Positions 42,201 to 53,188 of a stretch of 64,000 nt of DNA are shown here, in pieces. Location of the stretch: positions 13,698 through 77,697 of the forward strand of contig JBNJDT010000004.1 in the NCBI GenBank assembly GCA_051745145.1, written 5' to 3'. The notes beneath the pieces were generated by a model that saw nothing but the letters and a program-made list of their open reading frames with translations, did not search any database and was not told where the DNA came from. Every line of letters starts with the position of its first letter. Position 1 is the stretch's first letter. The position numbers and the translations under genes were made by a program. Source of the DNA: Elusimicrobiota bacterium. GTDB lineage: Bacteria; CG03; SLGR01; JAGXOG01.

Positions 42201-42956
42201 TTGATATACTACAAAAGTAAAGAAGAAATTTCCAAAATTAAAGAAAGTGGAAGGCTATTGACAGAAATAGCCAGGGCTCTTAAAGAAATGATAGCTCCGG
42301 GTATCAGCACATTGGATCTGGAAGAAGAAGCTCATAAGCTTTTTAAGAATAGGGAATTGGAACCCGCATTTTTAAATTATGGGGAGCCGCCGTATCCGGC
42401 ATATCTTTGTACTTCTGTAAATGAAGAAGTAGTTCACGGAATTCCTTCTCGGGATAAAATTTTGAATGAAGGAGATATAATAAGTATTGATCTGGGGGGG
42501 ATAAAAGATAATTTTTATTCCGACATGGCATTTACTGTAAATGTAGGTAAACCGGATAGTTCTTTAAAAAAATTATTGGATGTTACACAGAAGGCCCTTG
42601 AAAACGGTATTTCAAAAATGTATACTAACATGAAGTTATATGATATTTCCTGGGCTATTCAGAAAACTGCACAGGCTGCCGGATTTTCAGTAGTAAAAGA
42701 TTTAGTGGGGCACGGCATAGGCAGGGAATTACACGAGCCCCCCCAGGTACCTAATTTTGGTACCCCGGATACAGGAATGAAACTCAAGGAAGGTCTGGTT
42801 ATAGCTTTAGAGCCTATGGTTAATATGGGACAGGAGAATGTATATACAAAAGAAGATGATTGGACGGTAGCGACATCCGACGGACAGCCATCGTGTCATT
42901 TTGAAAAGACGGTGGCCGTAACGGAAAACGGTCCGGACGTACTGGCAGGATTATAA
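42201..42956 (+). CDS. map: Methionine aminopeptidase type I
   Basis: [31 protein letters not shown]. Confidence 0.96.
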   Translation: MIYYKSKEEISKIKESGRLLTEIARALKEMIAPGISTLDLEEEAHKLFKNRELEPAFLNYGEPPYPAYLCTSVNEEVVHGIPSRDKILNEGDIISIDLGGIKDNFYSDMAFTVNVGKPDSSLKKLLDVTQKALENGISKMYTNMKLYDISWAIQKTAQAAGFSVVKDLVGHGIGRELHEPPQVPNFGTPDTGMKLKEGLVIALEPMVNMGQENVYTKEDDWTVATSDGQPSCHFEKTVAVTENGPDVLAGL

Positions 42957-42961
42957 ATTTT

Positions 42962-43219
42962 ATGGGAAAAGAGAAGAAAGATAAAATAGAAGTTGAAGGA
43001 AGAGTTGTAAAAGCTTTGCCCAATACTATGTTTAAGGTAAAGCTGGATAATGGCGTTGAGATTTTGGCCCATATCTCCGGTAAAATGAGAATGTATTATA
43101 TAAGAATATTACCGGGAGACAGAGTTAAAGTGGAGATTTCAAAGTACGATCCTACAAGGGGTATAATAACCTATAGGATGGATAAAAAAAATAATAACAG
43201 GATGGGAGGAAAACAATGA
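42962..43219 (+). CDS. infA: Translation initiation factor IF-1
   Basis: [26 protein letters not shown]. Confidence 0.97.
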   Translation: MGKEKKDKIEVEGRVVKALPNTMFKVKLDNGVEILAHISGKMRMYYIRILPGDRVKVEISKYDPTRGIITYRMDKKNNNRMGGKQ

Positions 43220-43329
43220 AGGTAAAAGCATCTGTAAAACCGATTTGCTCTGATTGTAAAGTAATTAGGCGCAAAGGCGTCGTGCGGGTAATATGTTCTG
43301 ATCCCCGTCACAAGCAGAGACAGGGTTAA
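43216..43329 (+). CDS. rpmJ: 50S ribosomal protein L36; absent from the ORF track
   Basis: Manual translation [37 protein letters not shown]. Confidence 0.97.
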   Translation: MKVKASVKPICSDCKVIRRKGVVRVICSDPRHKQRQG

Positions 43330-43346
43330 AATATTAAGGAGTAATT

Positions 43347-43691
43347 ATGGCACGTATTGCGGGAATAAATTTACCGAAAGGAAAAAAAGTAAAAATTGGA
43401 TTAACCTATATCTACGGTATAGGAAATACTACAGCTAAAGAAATTTTAGAGGAGAGCGGCGTGGACGGCGAAAAAAGAGTTTACCAGCTTTCCGACGAGG
43501 AAATAAATGCTCTTCAGGCTGAGGTAAAAAATCATAAGATAGAGGGGGAGCTGAAAAGAGAAAAAAGACAGGATATTCAGCGGTTAAAGAAAATTGAGAG
43601 TTATAGAGGTTACAGGCATAGAAAAGGTCTGCCGGTTAGGGGGCAAAGGACCCGGACAAATGCCCGTACGCGAAAAGGTAAGAATAGATAA
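43347..43691 (+). CDS. rpsM: 30S ribosomal protein S13
   Basis: [31 protein letters not shown]. Confidence 0.98.
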   Translation: MARIAGINLPKGKKVKIGLTYIYGIGNTTAKEILEESGVDGEKRVYQLSDEEINALQAEVKNHKIEGELKREKRQDIQRLKKIESYRGYRHRKGLPVRGQRTRTNARTRKGKNR

Positions 43692-43717
43692 AATAAATTT
43701 ATAATAGAGGAAGTATT

Positions 43718-44092
43718 ATGGCAAAGAGAAAGAAAAAGCGAAAAGTTGAATCCGGTATAGTATATATAAAAAGTACTTTTAATAATACTATTATATCTAT
43801 AACGGATAATAACGGCAATGTGTTGACCTGGGCATCCGCAGGAACCGAGGGTATGAAAGGGTCCCGTAAGGGAACTTCATATGCCGGTGGACTGGCGGCT
43901 CAGGAAGCGGCGAAAAAAGTAATAAGGAATAACGGTATGCGAAGAGTTAAAGTAAAAGTTAAAGGACCGGGTTCTTCTCGAGAAACTGCTATCCGAAGCT
44001 TAGAATCCGAAGGTTTGGAAATAATTTCCCTGCAGGACATTACTCCCATACCTCACAATGGTTGCCGGCCGCCGAAACCAAGGAGGGTATGA
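43718..44092 (+). CDS. rpsK: 30S ribosomal protein S11
   Basis: [24 protein letters not shown]. Confidence 0.98.
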   Translation: MAKRKKKRKVESGIVYIKSTFNNTIISITDNNGNVLTWASAGTEGMKGSRKGTSYAGGLAAQEAAKKVIRNNGMRRVKVKVKGPGSSRETAIRSLESEGLEIISLQDITPIPHNGCRPPKPRRV

Positions 44093-44095
44093 CCT

Positions 44096-44731
44096 ATGGC
44101 AGTATATAACGGACCGGTTTGTAAATTGTGTAGAAGAGAAGGGGAAAAACTGTTTTTAAAGGGAAAGCGGTGTCATACTGCTAAGTGTTCACTTGAAAAA
44201 AGAGAATACGCTCCCGGCCAGCACGGTCAGTACAGGTTCAGACAATCTGAATACGGCCGTCAGTTAAGGGAAAAACAGAAGGTAAGAAGAAGCACATTTA
44301 TGACGGAAAAACAGTTTAAAAAGTTTTTTGAACAAGCCGATAATGAAGAGGGGGCAACCGGCTCGAACTTACTGGTAAAATTAGAATCCCGCCTGGATAA
44401 TGTAGTTAGATTGCTGGGGTTTGCAGTTTCTATTTTGCAGGCAAGGCAGTTAGTTAATCACCGCCATATAACCGTTAACGGCAGGGTGTGCAGTATTTCT
44501 TCTTATGTAGTTCAGGAAGATGATAAAATTGCTGTAAAAAAATCCGACCGGGATTTAGAGGTAATAAAAAATTCTCTCGAAGAATCAGAGGAAGTAGAAT
44601 TACCCGAATGGCTGGAAAGGGATTCATCGTCAATGACAGGTAAAGTTAAGAGGCTTCCCAATAGAGAAGAAGTTTCTCTGGTCGGCGGGGACATAGAAGA
44701 AAACCTTATTGTTGAGTTATACAGTAAATAA
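44096..44731 (+). CDS. rpsD: 30S ribosomal protein S4
   Basis: CKLCRRE, PGQHG, QLREKQK, LESRLDN, IVELYSK. Confidence 0.98.
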   Translation: MAVYNGPVCKLCRREGEKLFLKGKRCHTAKCSLEKREYAPGQHGQYRFRQSEYGRQLREKQKVRRSTFMTEKQFKKFFEQADNEEGATGSNLLVKLESRLDNVVRLLGFAVSILQARQLVNHRHITVNGRVCSISSYVVQEDDKIAVKKSDRDLEVIKNSLEESEEVELPEWLERDSSSMTGKVKRLPNREEVSLVGGDIEENLIVELYSK

Positions 44732-44798
44732 TATAAGATAAAACAGTATCTGGTATAGAAGAAAAAAATATAGTATTTTGAATAGAAGGAGGATTTAG

Positions 44799-45764
44799 AT
44801 GAAGTTTAGGGATTTTCAACTACCCCGGGATATAGATTGGCTAGAAAAAGATGAGGGTTATGGTAAGTTTTCCTGCCAACCTTTTGAAAGGGGATACGGA
44901 CATACAGTAGGTAATTCATTAAGAAGGATCCTTCTGGCTTCTTTAGAAGGGGCGGCTATAACTTCCGTTAAAGTAGATGGAGTATTACATGAATATTCTA
45001 CTATAGATGGAGTTAAGGAAGATGTGCTGGAAATAATATTTAATTTAAAGGATTTGAACTTTAAAGTTTATACCGAACACGAACAGACTGTAACTTTAGA
45101 AGTTCAGGGTGAAAAAGTGGTAACCGGCGATGATTTTAAATTAAATCAGTCAGTTGATCTTTTAAACCCGGACAAGAAGATTGCTACTCTGGATGACAAA
45201 GCAGAACTTAAAATAGAAGCCGAAGTATCCAGGGGAAGAGGGTATTCACCCGGAGAGGAACGTAAGGATGATATTAATTCACCGGGAGTGATACCGGTAG
45301 ATGCCTCGTTCTCACCGATAAAAAAAGTGAACTACGATGTGGAAAATGCACGTGTTGGTCAGACCACCGATTATGATAAGTTAATAATGGAAATCTGGAC
45401 CGATGGCGGAGTTTCCCCTGAAGAGGCAGTTGCCTATGCGGCGGAAATTATGATTGATACTATGACAATATTTCGCATTGATCAGGTAGAGGAGGTTGAG
45501 CTCGGAGAAGATGTGGATAGAGTACAGGATAAGATTAATAAACTTAAAAGATTACCTGTAAATGAACTAAAATTGTCCACCAGGGTGGTAAATGCTCTTA
45601 AAGCTTCCGAAATAAATACTATTGGCGATATTCTGGCTTATACCCGAAGCGCACTATCTGAAGTCGATAAAATAGGGAAAAAGGCGATGGAAGAGATAGG
45701 CAGTAAATTGAGTGAAATAGAAAAAGAAAATGAAGTCCCATTGGAATTTAGCGAAGAGGAATAA
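44799..45764 (+). CDS. rpoA: RNA polymerase alpha subunit
   Basis: PFERGYGHT.GNSLRRILL, HEYSTI.GV.EDV, DASFSP. Confidence 0.98.
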   Translation: MKFRDFQLPRDIDWLEKDEGYGKFSCQPFERGYGHTVGNSLRRILLASLEGAAITSVKVDGVLHEYSTIDGVKEDVLEIIFNLKDLNFKVYTEHEQTVTLEVQGEKVVTGDDFKLNQSVDLLNPDKKIATLDDKAELKIEAEVSRGRGYSPGEERKDDINSPGVIPVDASFSPIKKVNYDVENARVGQTTDYDKLIMEIWTDGGVSPEEAVAYAAEIMIDTMTIFRIDQVEEVELGEDVDRVQDKINKLKRLPVNELKLSTRVVNALKASEINTIGDILAYTRSALSEVDKIGKKAMEEIGSKLSEIEKENEVPLEFSEEE

Positions 45765-45767
45765 CCA

Positions 45768-46088
45768 GTGAATAAAGCAAAGCAGAAAAAAAGGTTAAAA
45801 AGGCTTACATACCATCTAATTATGAATGGTAGGATAACTACTTCACCACAGGCAGCGAAAAAAGTTAAGAGTTATGCTGAAAAATTAATTACTCGATCAA
45901 AAAATTCTAATCATAAAAATAGAAAATATGTGACCGGTAAATTACCAAAACCAGCGGTAAAAAAACTCTTTGACGAGATAGGACCTGCCAATAGTGAAAG
46001 GGAAGGGGGATATACCCGGATTATGCGGTTAGGTCCCCGGCAGGGTGACGGAAGCCAGCGTTGTATTTTAGAAATAATAGATGTTTAA
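45768..46088 (+). CDS. rplQ: 50S ribosomal protein L17 (N-terminally shortened, divergent)
   Basis: RITT...AK, AEKLIT, R.GGYTRI..LG.R.GDG; position after rpoA. Confidence 0.92.
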   Translation: MNKAKQKKRLKRLTYHLIMNGRITTSPQAAKKVKSYAEKLITRSKNSNHKNRKYVTGKLPKPAVKKLFDEIGPANSEREGGYTRIMRLGPRQGDGSQRCILEIIDV

Positions 46089-47121
46089 TTTTCTATTAGG
46101 ACTTTTTTCCAATGACATGGGCATGGATCTGGGGACTGCCAATGTATTGGTATACGTAAAAGGCCGGGGCATAGTTTTACGGGAACCTTCTGTAGTGGCT
46201 ATGAATAAAGATACCAAGGAGATTATGGCAGTTGGTATAAATGCCAAGAGAATGCTTGGAAGAACACCATCTAACATATCGGCTGTACGGCCTTTAAAAA
46301 ACGGCGTAATAGCGGATTTTGACACTACAGAACGCATGATAAGATATTTTATACGTAAAGTACATGCCCGGAAAAGTCTTTTACATCCCCGGATTGTTAT
46401 AAGCATACCGTCCTCGTGTACGGAAGTGGAAAGACGGGCGGTAAGAGAATCAGCAGAGAGGGCGGGGGCCAGGGAAGTTTATGTTATTGAAGAACCCATG
46501 GCCGCGGCCATAGGGGCGGAATTACCGGTACATGAGCCGGCTGGGAATATGGTAGTAGATATAGGAGGCGGAACTACAGAAGTTGCGGTTATTTCCCTGG
46601 GGGGAATGGTTTTAACAAATTCCATACGGATAGCCGGCGATGATTTTGACCAGTCGATCATAAATTATTTTAAAGAAAAAGAGAATTTAATTATTGGCGA
46701 GAGAACGGCTGAGGAAGCTAAAATTAAAATTGGTTCTGTGTATTCGGACTCAGAATCAAAAGAGATGGAAATAAAGGGAAGAGATTTAGTTAATGGATTA
46801 CCCAAAACGGTTATGATTTCTACCGATGATATAAGAGAGTCACTTGCAGAACCTATGAAAGAACTGTTAAAAGTTATTAAAAACACTCTCAACCAGACGC
46901 CGGCTGAACTTTCGGCGGATTTAGTGGACAGAGGTATTGTCCTGGTAGGCGGAGGAGCTCTTATAGGGGGGATAGCAAATTTATTAAGAGATGCTACGGA
47001 GCTGCCGGTTCATATTGCCGATGAGCCCATGAATTGTGTAGTAATGGGAACGGGTAAGTACTTAGAACAGATGGAAACCCTGAAAAAAGCTCAACGCCGC
47101 TTGCTTGACACCGAATATTAA
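46081..47121 (+). CDS. mreB: Rod shape-determining protein MreB
   Basis: DLGTAN, EPSVVA, GVIADF, DIGGGTTEVA. Confidence 0.98.
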   Translation: MFNFLLGLFSNDMGMDLGTANVLVYVKGRGIVLREPSVVAMNKDTKEIMAVGINAKRMLGRTPSNISAVRPLKNGVIADFDTTERMIRYFIRKVHARKSLLHPRIVISIPSSCTEVERRAVRESAERAGAREVYVIEEPMAAAIGAELPVHEPAGNMVVDIGGGTTEVAVISLGGMVLTNSIRIAGDDFDQSIINYFKEKENLIIGERTAEEAKIKIGSVYSDSESKEMEIKGRDLVNGLPKTVMISTDDIRESLAEPMKELLKVIKNTLNQTPAELSADLVDRGIVLVGGGALIGGIANLLRDATELPVHIADEPMNCVVMGTGKYLEQMETLKKAQRRLLDTEY

Positions 47122-47220
47122 ATTTTCATAACCAGTTTCTTATACTAGATTTTGATGCGGAAACTGGCATAATTATAAAATTCCAAATAGTTCCCCTCCT
47201 GACTATAAATAATTAATAAA

Positions 47221-48027
47221 ATGAACAAAGATACAGATACATATACCTTTATAGCACTCACATTGGTGGGGATTGTATTCCTATTTTTGAATCTCATTCC
47301 CGGGGCAAAATTTGCTAAAAATTTAGGACTTAACATAATATTTCCCGCTGTCAAACTTGCCGAGTATCCGTTAAAAAGTTCTGAAGAGATATACCAGAGA
47401 ACCAGGGCCTTTAGCAATTTGTTCGATGAAAATAAGGAATTAAAAAAAAGTGTAGAAAAATTTAACCGCCTATATAAAGACTTCAATTATATAAAAAAAG
47501 AGAATAAAAGATTAAACAATTTACTTGATTTTAAAAGTGAGCAGGAAGGAGAATTAATTCCGGCACGTAGAATTGCGCAGAATACAGAGAATTATTTTAC
47601 GGATTTTAATTTAAATGTAGGAAAAAGATCAGGGATTGAAAAGGACAGTCCCGTGGTACTGCCCCAGAATAATAGATGGGTTCTTTTGGGGAGGATTTCA
47701 AAAGTATTTAAAGATTACAGTAAAGCTACTTTAATTACTTCTCCCGCTTTTAAATGCGGTGTTGAAATCGGAAATGGTTATGGAGGGGTACTTGAAGGGA
47801 AAAATAGTTGGATTTATAAAATTAAATATATATCTCCCATGGCTGAAATAGAGAAAGGGGATAAAGTTTATACTTCCGGGGGCGGCGGTATATTTCCCGG
47901 TGGATTATATATAGGAAAAGTTTGGCAAGTTGATACCCTCAGTTTTTCAAAAGGGAAAGAGGCGCTGGTAAAGGGGGAAATATATCCCCAGGATGTTAAA
48001 TATATGTTTATCCAGAAAAAAGAATGA
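47221..48027 (+). CDS. mreC: Rod shape-determining protein MreC
   Basis: TM, coiled coil (ENKRL..LL), TSG.GGIFP.G..IG.V. Confidence 0.9.
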   Translation: MNKDTDTYTFIALTLVGIVFLFLNLIPGAKFAKNLGLNIIFPAVKLAEYPLKSSEEIYQRTRAFSNLFDENKELKKSVEKFNRLYKDFNYIKKENKRLNNLLDFKSEQEGELIPARRIAQNTENYFTDFNLNVGKRSGIEKDSPVVLPQNNRWVLLGRISKVFKDYSKATLITSPAFKCGVEIGNGYGGVLEGKNSWIYKIKYISPMAEIEKGDKVYTSGGGGIFPGGLYIGKVWQVDTLSFSKGKEALVKGEIYPQDVKYMFIQKKE

Positions 48028-48479
48028 GAATATTTTTTATTTTTATAGCAGGTTTTCTGCTACATACTTTATTCACCGGTTATACCTCCGGTGGGGTGGG
48101 AATTAATTTAATGCTTCTTTTGACAGTAGAAATATCTTTGATAAGAGGAAAGCAGCAGGGACAGGTATTTGGTTTTTTCTCCGGGTTGGTCGAAGATATA
48201 TTGTCCATGGGTCTTTTAGGAGAAAAAGTATTAATTAGAACAGTTATCGGTAATTTATTGGGAAGATTTAAGAACCATATTACTGTCGGTCATTTTATAT
48301 TCCAGATATTTATAACGTTTATAATATTTTTTGTTCATTCTTATGCAATATATTTTGTGAGGCTCATATTTAGTTATCCTTCTTCTATATCCGTAAGTAA
48401 GGTAATAGTGTATTCTATAGTTAATTCTTTACTGGCGCCGGTAGTATATGTAGTGGTGAAAAAAACCATTGCCAGATAA
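48024..48479 (+). CDS. mreD: Rod shape-determining protein MreD
   Basis: Multi-TM protein with GFFSGL.ED; between mreC and mrdA. Confidence 0.85.
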   Translation: MRIFFIFIAGFLLHTLFTGYTSGGVGINLMLLLTVEISLIRGKQQGQVFGFFSGLVEDILSMGLLGEKVLIRTVIGNLLGRFKNHITVGHFIFQIFITFIIFFVHSYAIYFVRLIFSYPSSISVSKVIVYSIVNSLLAPVVYVVVKKTIAR

Positions 48480-50277
48480 AAAATACTATTTTTGGTATAC
48501 CAGTCACAGGGGAACTATGGTTTGGGGGAAAGTTATACTATTACTCTGCATTGGGGTGTTTATATTCCGGTTATTCCAACTTCAAATTTTACAGGGCAAT
48601 TATTATTATAAAATAGCTGAGTTAAATCGCACTCAGTATTTTCACATACCAGCACCGCGGGGCCGTATCTTTGACCGGCACGGAAATAAACTAACCGGGA
48701 ATCAGCCCCAGTATACTTTATTTGTTTCAGTCAATAATATTTCTAAAGATGAAAAAGAAAAAATTTCCCGGGGTTTGGGAAACATAACAGATTATAAACG
48801 GGAGTATATTTTTAAGAGATTCGTAAACGGGGAAAAAATGCCTTTCGGGAATATCAGGCTGCTGCCAAATCTTACCCGGGAGGATGTTCAGATTATAGAA
48901 GAAAATATTCACAATTATCCCCGGTTATCAGTTCAGATTGAACCCCGCCGTGAATATCCCTACCGCCAAAACGGTTCCCATCTTTTAGGTCATATAGGGG
49001 AAATAAGCCCCCGGGAATTAGACGTTAAAAGTGAATTGGGATACAGTTTAGGTGATAGGATAGGTAAAACGGGATTAGAAAAAAAGTATGACAGAATTTT
49101 AAGGGGGAAATCGGGGTTACAAAAATTAGAAGTAGGTGTAAGAGGTGAGCACAAAGAAATTCTTAAAACTGTAGATCCCAAAATTGGAAATGACCTTTTA
49201 TTAACTGTTGACTGGGATCTTCAGCAGAGAGCGTGGAAGGCAATGGAAGATAAACAGGGGGGAGTTGTGGCTATGAATCCCCAGACCGGGGAAATATTGA
49301 TCTGGTTTTCAAAGCCCGGTTTTAATCCGGAAGATTTTACTGTCAGTCTTTCTGACAATAGGGCCAGAAAAATATTTATTGATCCCGGTTATCCACTATT
49401 TAACAGGATTTTACAGGGACAATATGAACCCGGGTCCATCTTTAAACTGGTGACGACTTTAGCTGCTCTAGATACGGGGAAGGCGACCGTTGATAAAGAG
49501 TTTACCTGCCGGGGATCTATAAGGATAGGCCATGACCGGCAGAAATTCAGGTGCTGGAAAGAACACGGAACTTTGAAATTAAGGGAAGCTATTGCCAGAT
49601 CTTGTAATGTCTATTTTTATCGGTTGGGTTTGGAAACGAAAATAAATTCTATTAAAAATACAGCCGGTCAACTCGGTTTTGGAAAACCGGTTCAGGATAT
49701 ATTTGAGCGTGAAGCGACCGGAAATATTCCCGGACCCCGGTGGAAAAAAGATAAATATTCGCGGGGCTGGTACCCCGGCGATACTGCTAATACCAGTGTC
49801 GGGCAGGGCTATGTTCTTGTAACTCCGATGCAAATTTTAAATTTAACTTCCGTAATAGCTAATCGGGGCCAGATTCCCGATCCCCATATACTGAAGATGG
49901 AAATATCCTCCCAGGGCCAGGTTGTCAACAGAAATTTACCTGAAGATAAGGGGAGAGTTAAAATAGACAAAAGGTATTTTAAAATAGTAGAAGAAGCTAT
50001 GGCCCAGGTAACAGAGTACGGTACGGCTTCCTATTTAAATATGCCTTTTCCCGTAGCTGGTAAAACCGGAACTGCTCAGAATCCCAGTGGTGAGGATCAT
50101 GCCTGGTTTACCTGTTATGCGCCGGTTAATGACCCTCAAATAGCCATAACTGTTTTTGTAGAAAGAGGGGGTCATGGTTCTGTGGGGGCGTTGCCCGTGG
50201 CCAGAGAAGTTTTAAAAGAAAAATTTTTGTCAAAGGAATTTTCCGAAGTAGAGAGGAATAATGAAGCAACAGACTGA
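48469..50277 (+). CDS. mrdA: Penicillin-binding protein 2
   Basis: APRGRIFDR, SxxK (GSIFK), SCN, KTGTAQ. Confidence 0.95.
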   Translation: MPDKKYYFWYTSHRGTMVWGKVILLLCIGVFIFRLFQLQILQGNYYYKIAELNRTQYFHIPAPRGRIFDRHGNKLTGNQPQYTLFVSVNNISKDEKEKISRGLGNITDYKREYIFKRFVNGEKMPFGNIRLLPNLTREDVQIIEENIHNYPRLSVQIEPRREYPYRQNGSHLLGHIGEISPRELDVKSELGYSLGDRIGKTGLEKKYDRILRGKSGLQKLEVGVRGEHKEILKTVDPKIGNDLLLTVDWDLQQRAWKAMEDKQGGVVAMNPQTGEILIWFSKPGFNPEDFTVSLSDNRARKIFIDPGYPLFNRILQGQYEPGSIFKLVTTLAALDTGKATVDKEFTCRGSIRIGHDRQKFRCWKEHGTLKLREAIARSCNVYFYRLGLETKINSIKNTAGQLGFGKPVQDIFEREATGNIPGPRWKKDKYSRGWYPGDTANTSVGQGYVLVTPMQILNLTSVIANRGQIPDPHILKMEISSQGQVVNRNLPEDKGRVKIDKRYFKIVEEAMAQVTEYGTASYLNMPFPVAGKTGTAQNPSGEDHAWFTCYAPVNDPQIAITVFVERGGHGSVGALPVAREVLKEKFLSKEFSEVERNNEATD

Positions 50278-51517
50278 ATTATTAATATGGGGGGCGGTTA
50301 TGGTATTGGGAGTAATCGGGATAGTTATGGTTTATTCGGTAACTTCTCATACGCCGGGAATGGAAAATTTATATATCAAACAGCTTCTGGCGTTTTGTCT
50401 GGGTATTATTGTGATATTACTGGTGAAAAATATTTCCTATAAAATAGTAATTGAGTTAAGTCCTGTTTTTTACGGGATTTGTGTGTTATTATTGATTGCT
50501 GTATTAGTATTTGGAGCTAGAATACACGGCAGTAAAAGATGGCTGGATTTGGGGGCGTTTCATTTTCAACCCGTTGAATTTGCAAAACTGGCGGTAATAT
50601 TTTTCAGTACGTATTTATTGAGTAAAAATAGGAGTATAATGTCAGTTCTGGTAGGTGCGGGAATTGTAGGGGGCCTGGTAGTTGTACAGCCTGACGCCGG
50701 CTCTGCTCTTATATTAATTCCCGTACTGATAGGAATGTTTTTAGCCTCCAATAAAAATACAAAGTGGTTGGTTTTGGGGCTTCCCTTTATCGCTGTTACC
50801 GGGGGAATTATTTTTTTAGAAAGTTATATGTCCATAAAAGGAGAGACGCTTTTTGATATCAAATATGTCTTAATTTTAGCAGGTCTGTCCGGCCTGGGCT
50901 ATATTCTGTACAGAGAGTTTAAAAAAGTTAACAAAACTTTTACGGTTTTTCATTACCTTATTCTGGTATTGCTTTTATGGCTTTCCGTGGGAGGCGGTTT
51001 GGGAATAACAAGAATTTTACGGGAATATCATAAAAAACGCATAGTTTCCTTTATACAGCCGGATATTGATCCGTTGGGAACCGGTTATAATACCCGTCAG
51101 GCTCTTTTAGCTGTAGGTTCGGGAAAACTTACCGGGAAGGGAATTAAAGAGGGAACCCAGACCCAGCTGGGGTTTTTACCGGTGAGACATACGGACTTTA
51201 TATTTGCCTCCATAGCGGAAGAGTTGGGGTTTATAGGTTGTCTGATTGTACTTACCGGCCTTGGAATTTTACTGTGGCAGATTTTGAATATAATAGAAAG
51301 AACGGATGACTATGCGGCCCGGCTGATAGGGGCGGGAATATTTTTTCTGTTACTTACTCAGATGGTGGTAAATATAGGAGTGACTCTGGGACTTTTACCG
51401 GTGGTGGGGATGCAGCTTCCTTTTGTATCCTACGGTGGCTCGGGATTGATAAGTTTTATGGTGGGTATCGGAGTTTTACTCAATATAAATAAACGCACTG
51501 AAATGATAGGAATTTAA
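50261..51517 (+). CDS. rodA: Rod shape-determining SEDS protein RodA
   Basis: GSKRW, FQPVEFAK, QPDAG, LP..HTDFIF, LPFVSYGGS. Confidence 0.93.
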   Translation: MKQQTELLIWGAVMVLGVIGIVMVYSVTSHTPGMENLYIKQLLAFCLGIIVILLVKNISYKIVIELSPVFYGICVLLLIAVLVFGARIHGSKRWLDLGAFHFQPVEFAKLAVIFFSTYLLSKNRSIMSVLVGAGIVGGLVVVQPDAGSALILIPVLIGMFLASNKNTKWLVLGLPFIAVTGGIIFLESYMSIKGETLFDIKYVLILAGLSGLGYILYREFKKVNKTFTVFHYLILVLLLWLSVGGGLGITRILREYHKKRIVSFIQPDIDPLGTGYNTRQALLAVGSGKLTGKGIKEGTQTQLGFLPVRHTDFIFASIAEELGFIGCLIVLTGLGILLWQILNIIERTDDYAARLIGAGIFFLLLTQMVVNIGVTLGLLPVVGMQLPFVSYGGSGLISFMVGIGVLLNINKRTEMIGI

Positions 51518-53188
51518 ATGAAAGACTTTATACCAGAAAATATATTAAAAGATATAGAAAGTCCCGGTAAATATCTGGGTATAGAATACAATAGATATAA
51601 ACCAGGGGAAGGTAAATACAAATTCTTACTCTGTTTTCCCGACGATTACACTATCGGTATGTGTTCGCTGGGGTATCATACCATAGGTAAGATAGTAAGA
51701 GAAAATAAAAATTTCAGCTGTGAAAGGGCATTTACTCCGGGTGTGGATATGGAAAAATATTTAAGAGAAAAAAATAAAAAACTTTTTTCTCTGGAGAGCA
51801 AGAGCCCGGCCGGCGAGTTTGACATACTGGGCTTTTCGTTTCAGTATGAACTGGCCTATACGAATTACATTAATATGATGGAACTTGCCGGCTTGGAGCC
51901 TCTGAGAAAGCAAAGAACACAGGACAGTCCGGTAATTATGGGCGGCGGACCTACCTGCGTGAATCCGGCTATACTGTCTGAATTTATGGACGTTGTAGTG
52001 GTGGGAGAGGCAGAACCAGTCCTTCCGGATATTTTAGACAGTTACAATAGAAATTCCAAAGAGAAATTTTTAAAAACCGTATCCAAATTGCCGGGCGTAT
52101 TTGTTCCGGGAATTAACAGCACGGTTAAGCGGGTATTTTACAAGGAATTTAAAAATGACTATTACCCGCAGGATCAACCAGTACCCACAATAAGAGTTCC
52201 TCACGGAAGAATAAGTATGGAAATAAACCGGGGCTGCAAAGGAAGCTGCCGGTTTTGTCAGGCTACCAATATATATGGGCCGTACAGAGAAAAATCCGTA
52301 TCCGATATAGTATCTTTGTGCTCTAAAACTGTTTCTCAAACCGGTTACGATGAAATAACCCTTACTTCTCTTTCGGGGACAGACCATGAAGACTTAGAAT
52401 TAATTATGGACGAACTACATTTTAGCTTTAAGGACCTGGGAGTTTCAACAGTAATGTCAAGTATGAAACCCCACATACTGGTGGATAATCCCGGTTTTGT
52501 AAGTAAACTTCAGCGACGAAAACAGGGAGGGTTGACATTTGCCCCGGAAGCGGCGTCGGAAAAACTGAAGAGAGTAATAAATAAGAGAATAGACAATGAA
52601 AAAATAGTAGAGGCGGTGGTTTTGGCCTCCCGGAGTGGCTGGAAAAATATAAAGTTGTATTTTATTCTGGGGCTTCCCGGGGAGAAAAAAGAAGACTTAA
52701 AGCAGGTAATAAATCTGGTTAAGAAAATAAAAAATAAATCAGGGTTGAATATAAATATCACCCTTGCCCCCCTGACCCCCCAGAGCCATACCCCTTTTCA
52801 GTGGGTGGAAAACCGTTCTCCGGAAGAATTAAAGAGGAAAATTAAGTTCGTAAAAAGCAAAATACCGGCAAAAGTCAATACTGTTAATTTTCAGCAGTAT
52901 ATTATTGAAAATATTTTAGCCAGAGGAGGGAAAAATTTGGCCCAGACGGTAGTAAATGCCCACAAATACGGAGCCCGTCTCGATCAGTGGGGCGAACATT
53001 TTGATTTTGAGGCATGGCAAAAAGCTTTTCGGGATGAAAATAAGAGCTGGGAGGACTATTATTACAGGGATTACAGTCTGGATACAGACCTGCCCTGGGA
53101 CTGTGTGGATATAGGCGTGAAAAAATCATATTTTAAAAGGGCTTACAAGCGGGCTTTAAAGGTAATTAAAGAATATGAAAAAAATTAA
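51518..53188 (+). CDS. TIGR03960-like radical SAM protein
   Basis: P.KY.G.E.N, FPD.Y..GM, RGCKGSCRFC, TFAPEA, LPWD; typical position after rodA. Confidence 0.85.
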   Translation: MKDFIPENILKDIESPGKYLGIEYNRYKPGEGKYKFLLCFPDDYTIGMCSLGYHTIGKIVRENKNFSCERAFTPGVDMEKYLREKNKKLFSLESKSPAGEFDILGFSFQYELAYTNYINMMELAGLEPLRKQRTQDSPVIMGGGPTCVNPAILSEFMDVVVVGEAEPVLPDILDSYNRNSKEKFLKTVSKLPGVFVPGINSTVKRVFYKEFKNDYYPQDQPVPTIRVPHGRISMEINRGCKGSCRFCQATNIYGPYREKSVSDIVSLCSKTVSQTGYDEITLTSLSGTDHEDLELIMDELHFSFKDLGVSTVMSSMKPHILVDNPGFVSKLQRRKQGGLTFAPEAASEKLKRVINKRIDNEKIVEAVVLASRSGWKNIKLYFILGLPGEKKEDLKQVINLVKKIKNKSGLNINITLAPLTPQSHTPFQWVENRSPEELKRKIKFVKSKIPAKVNTVNFQQYIIENILARGGKNLAQTVVNAHKYGARLDQWGEHFDFEAWQKAFRDENKSWEDYYYRDYSLDTDLPWDCVDIGVKKSYFKRAYKRALKVIKEYEKN

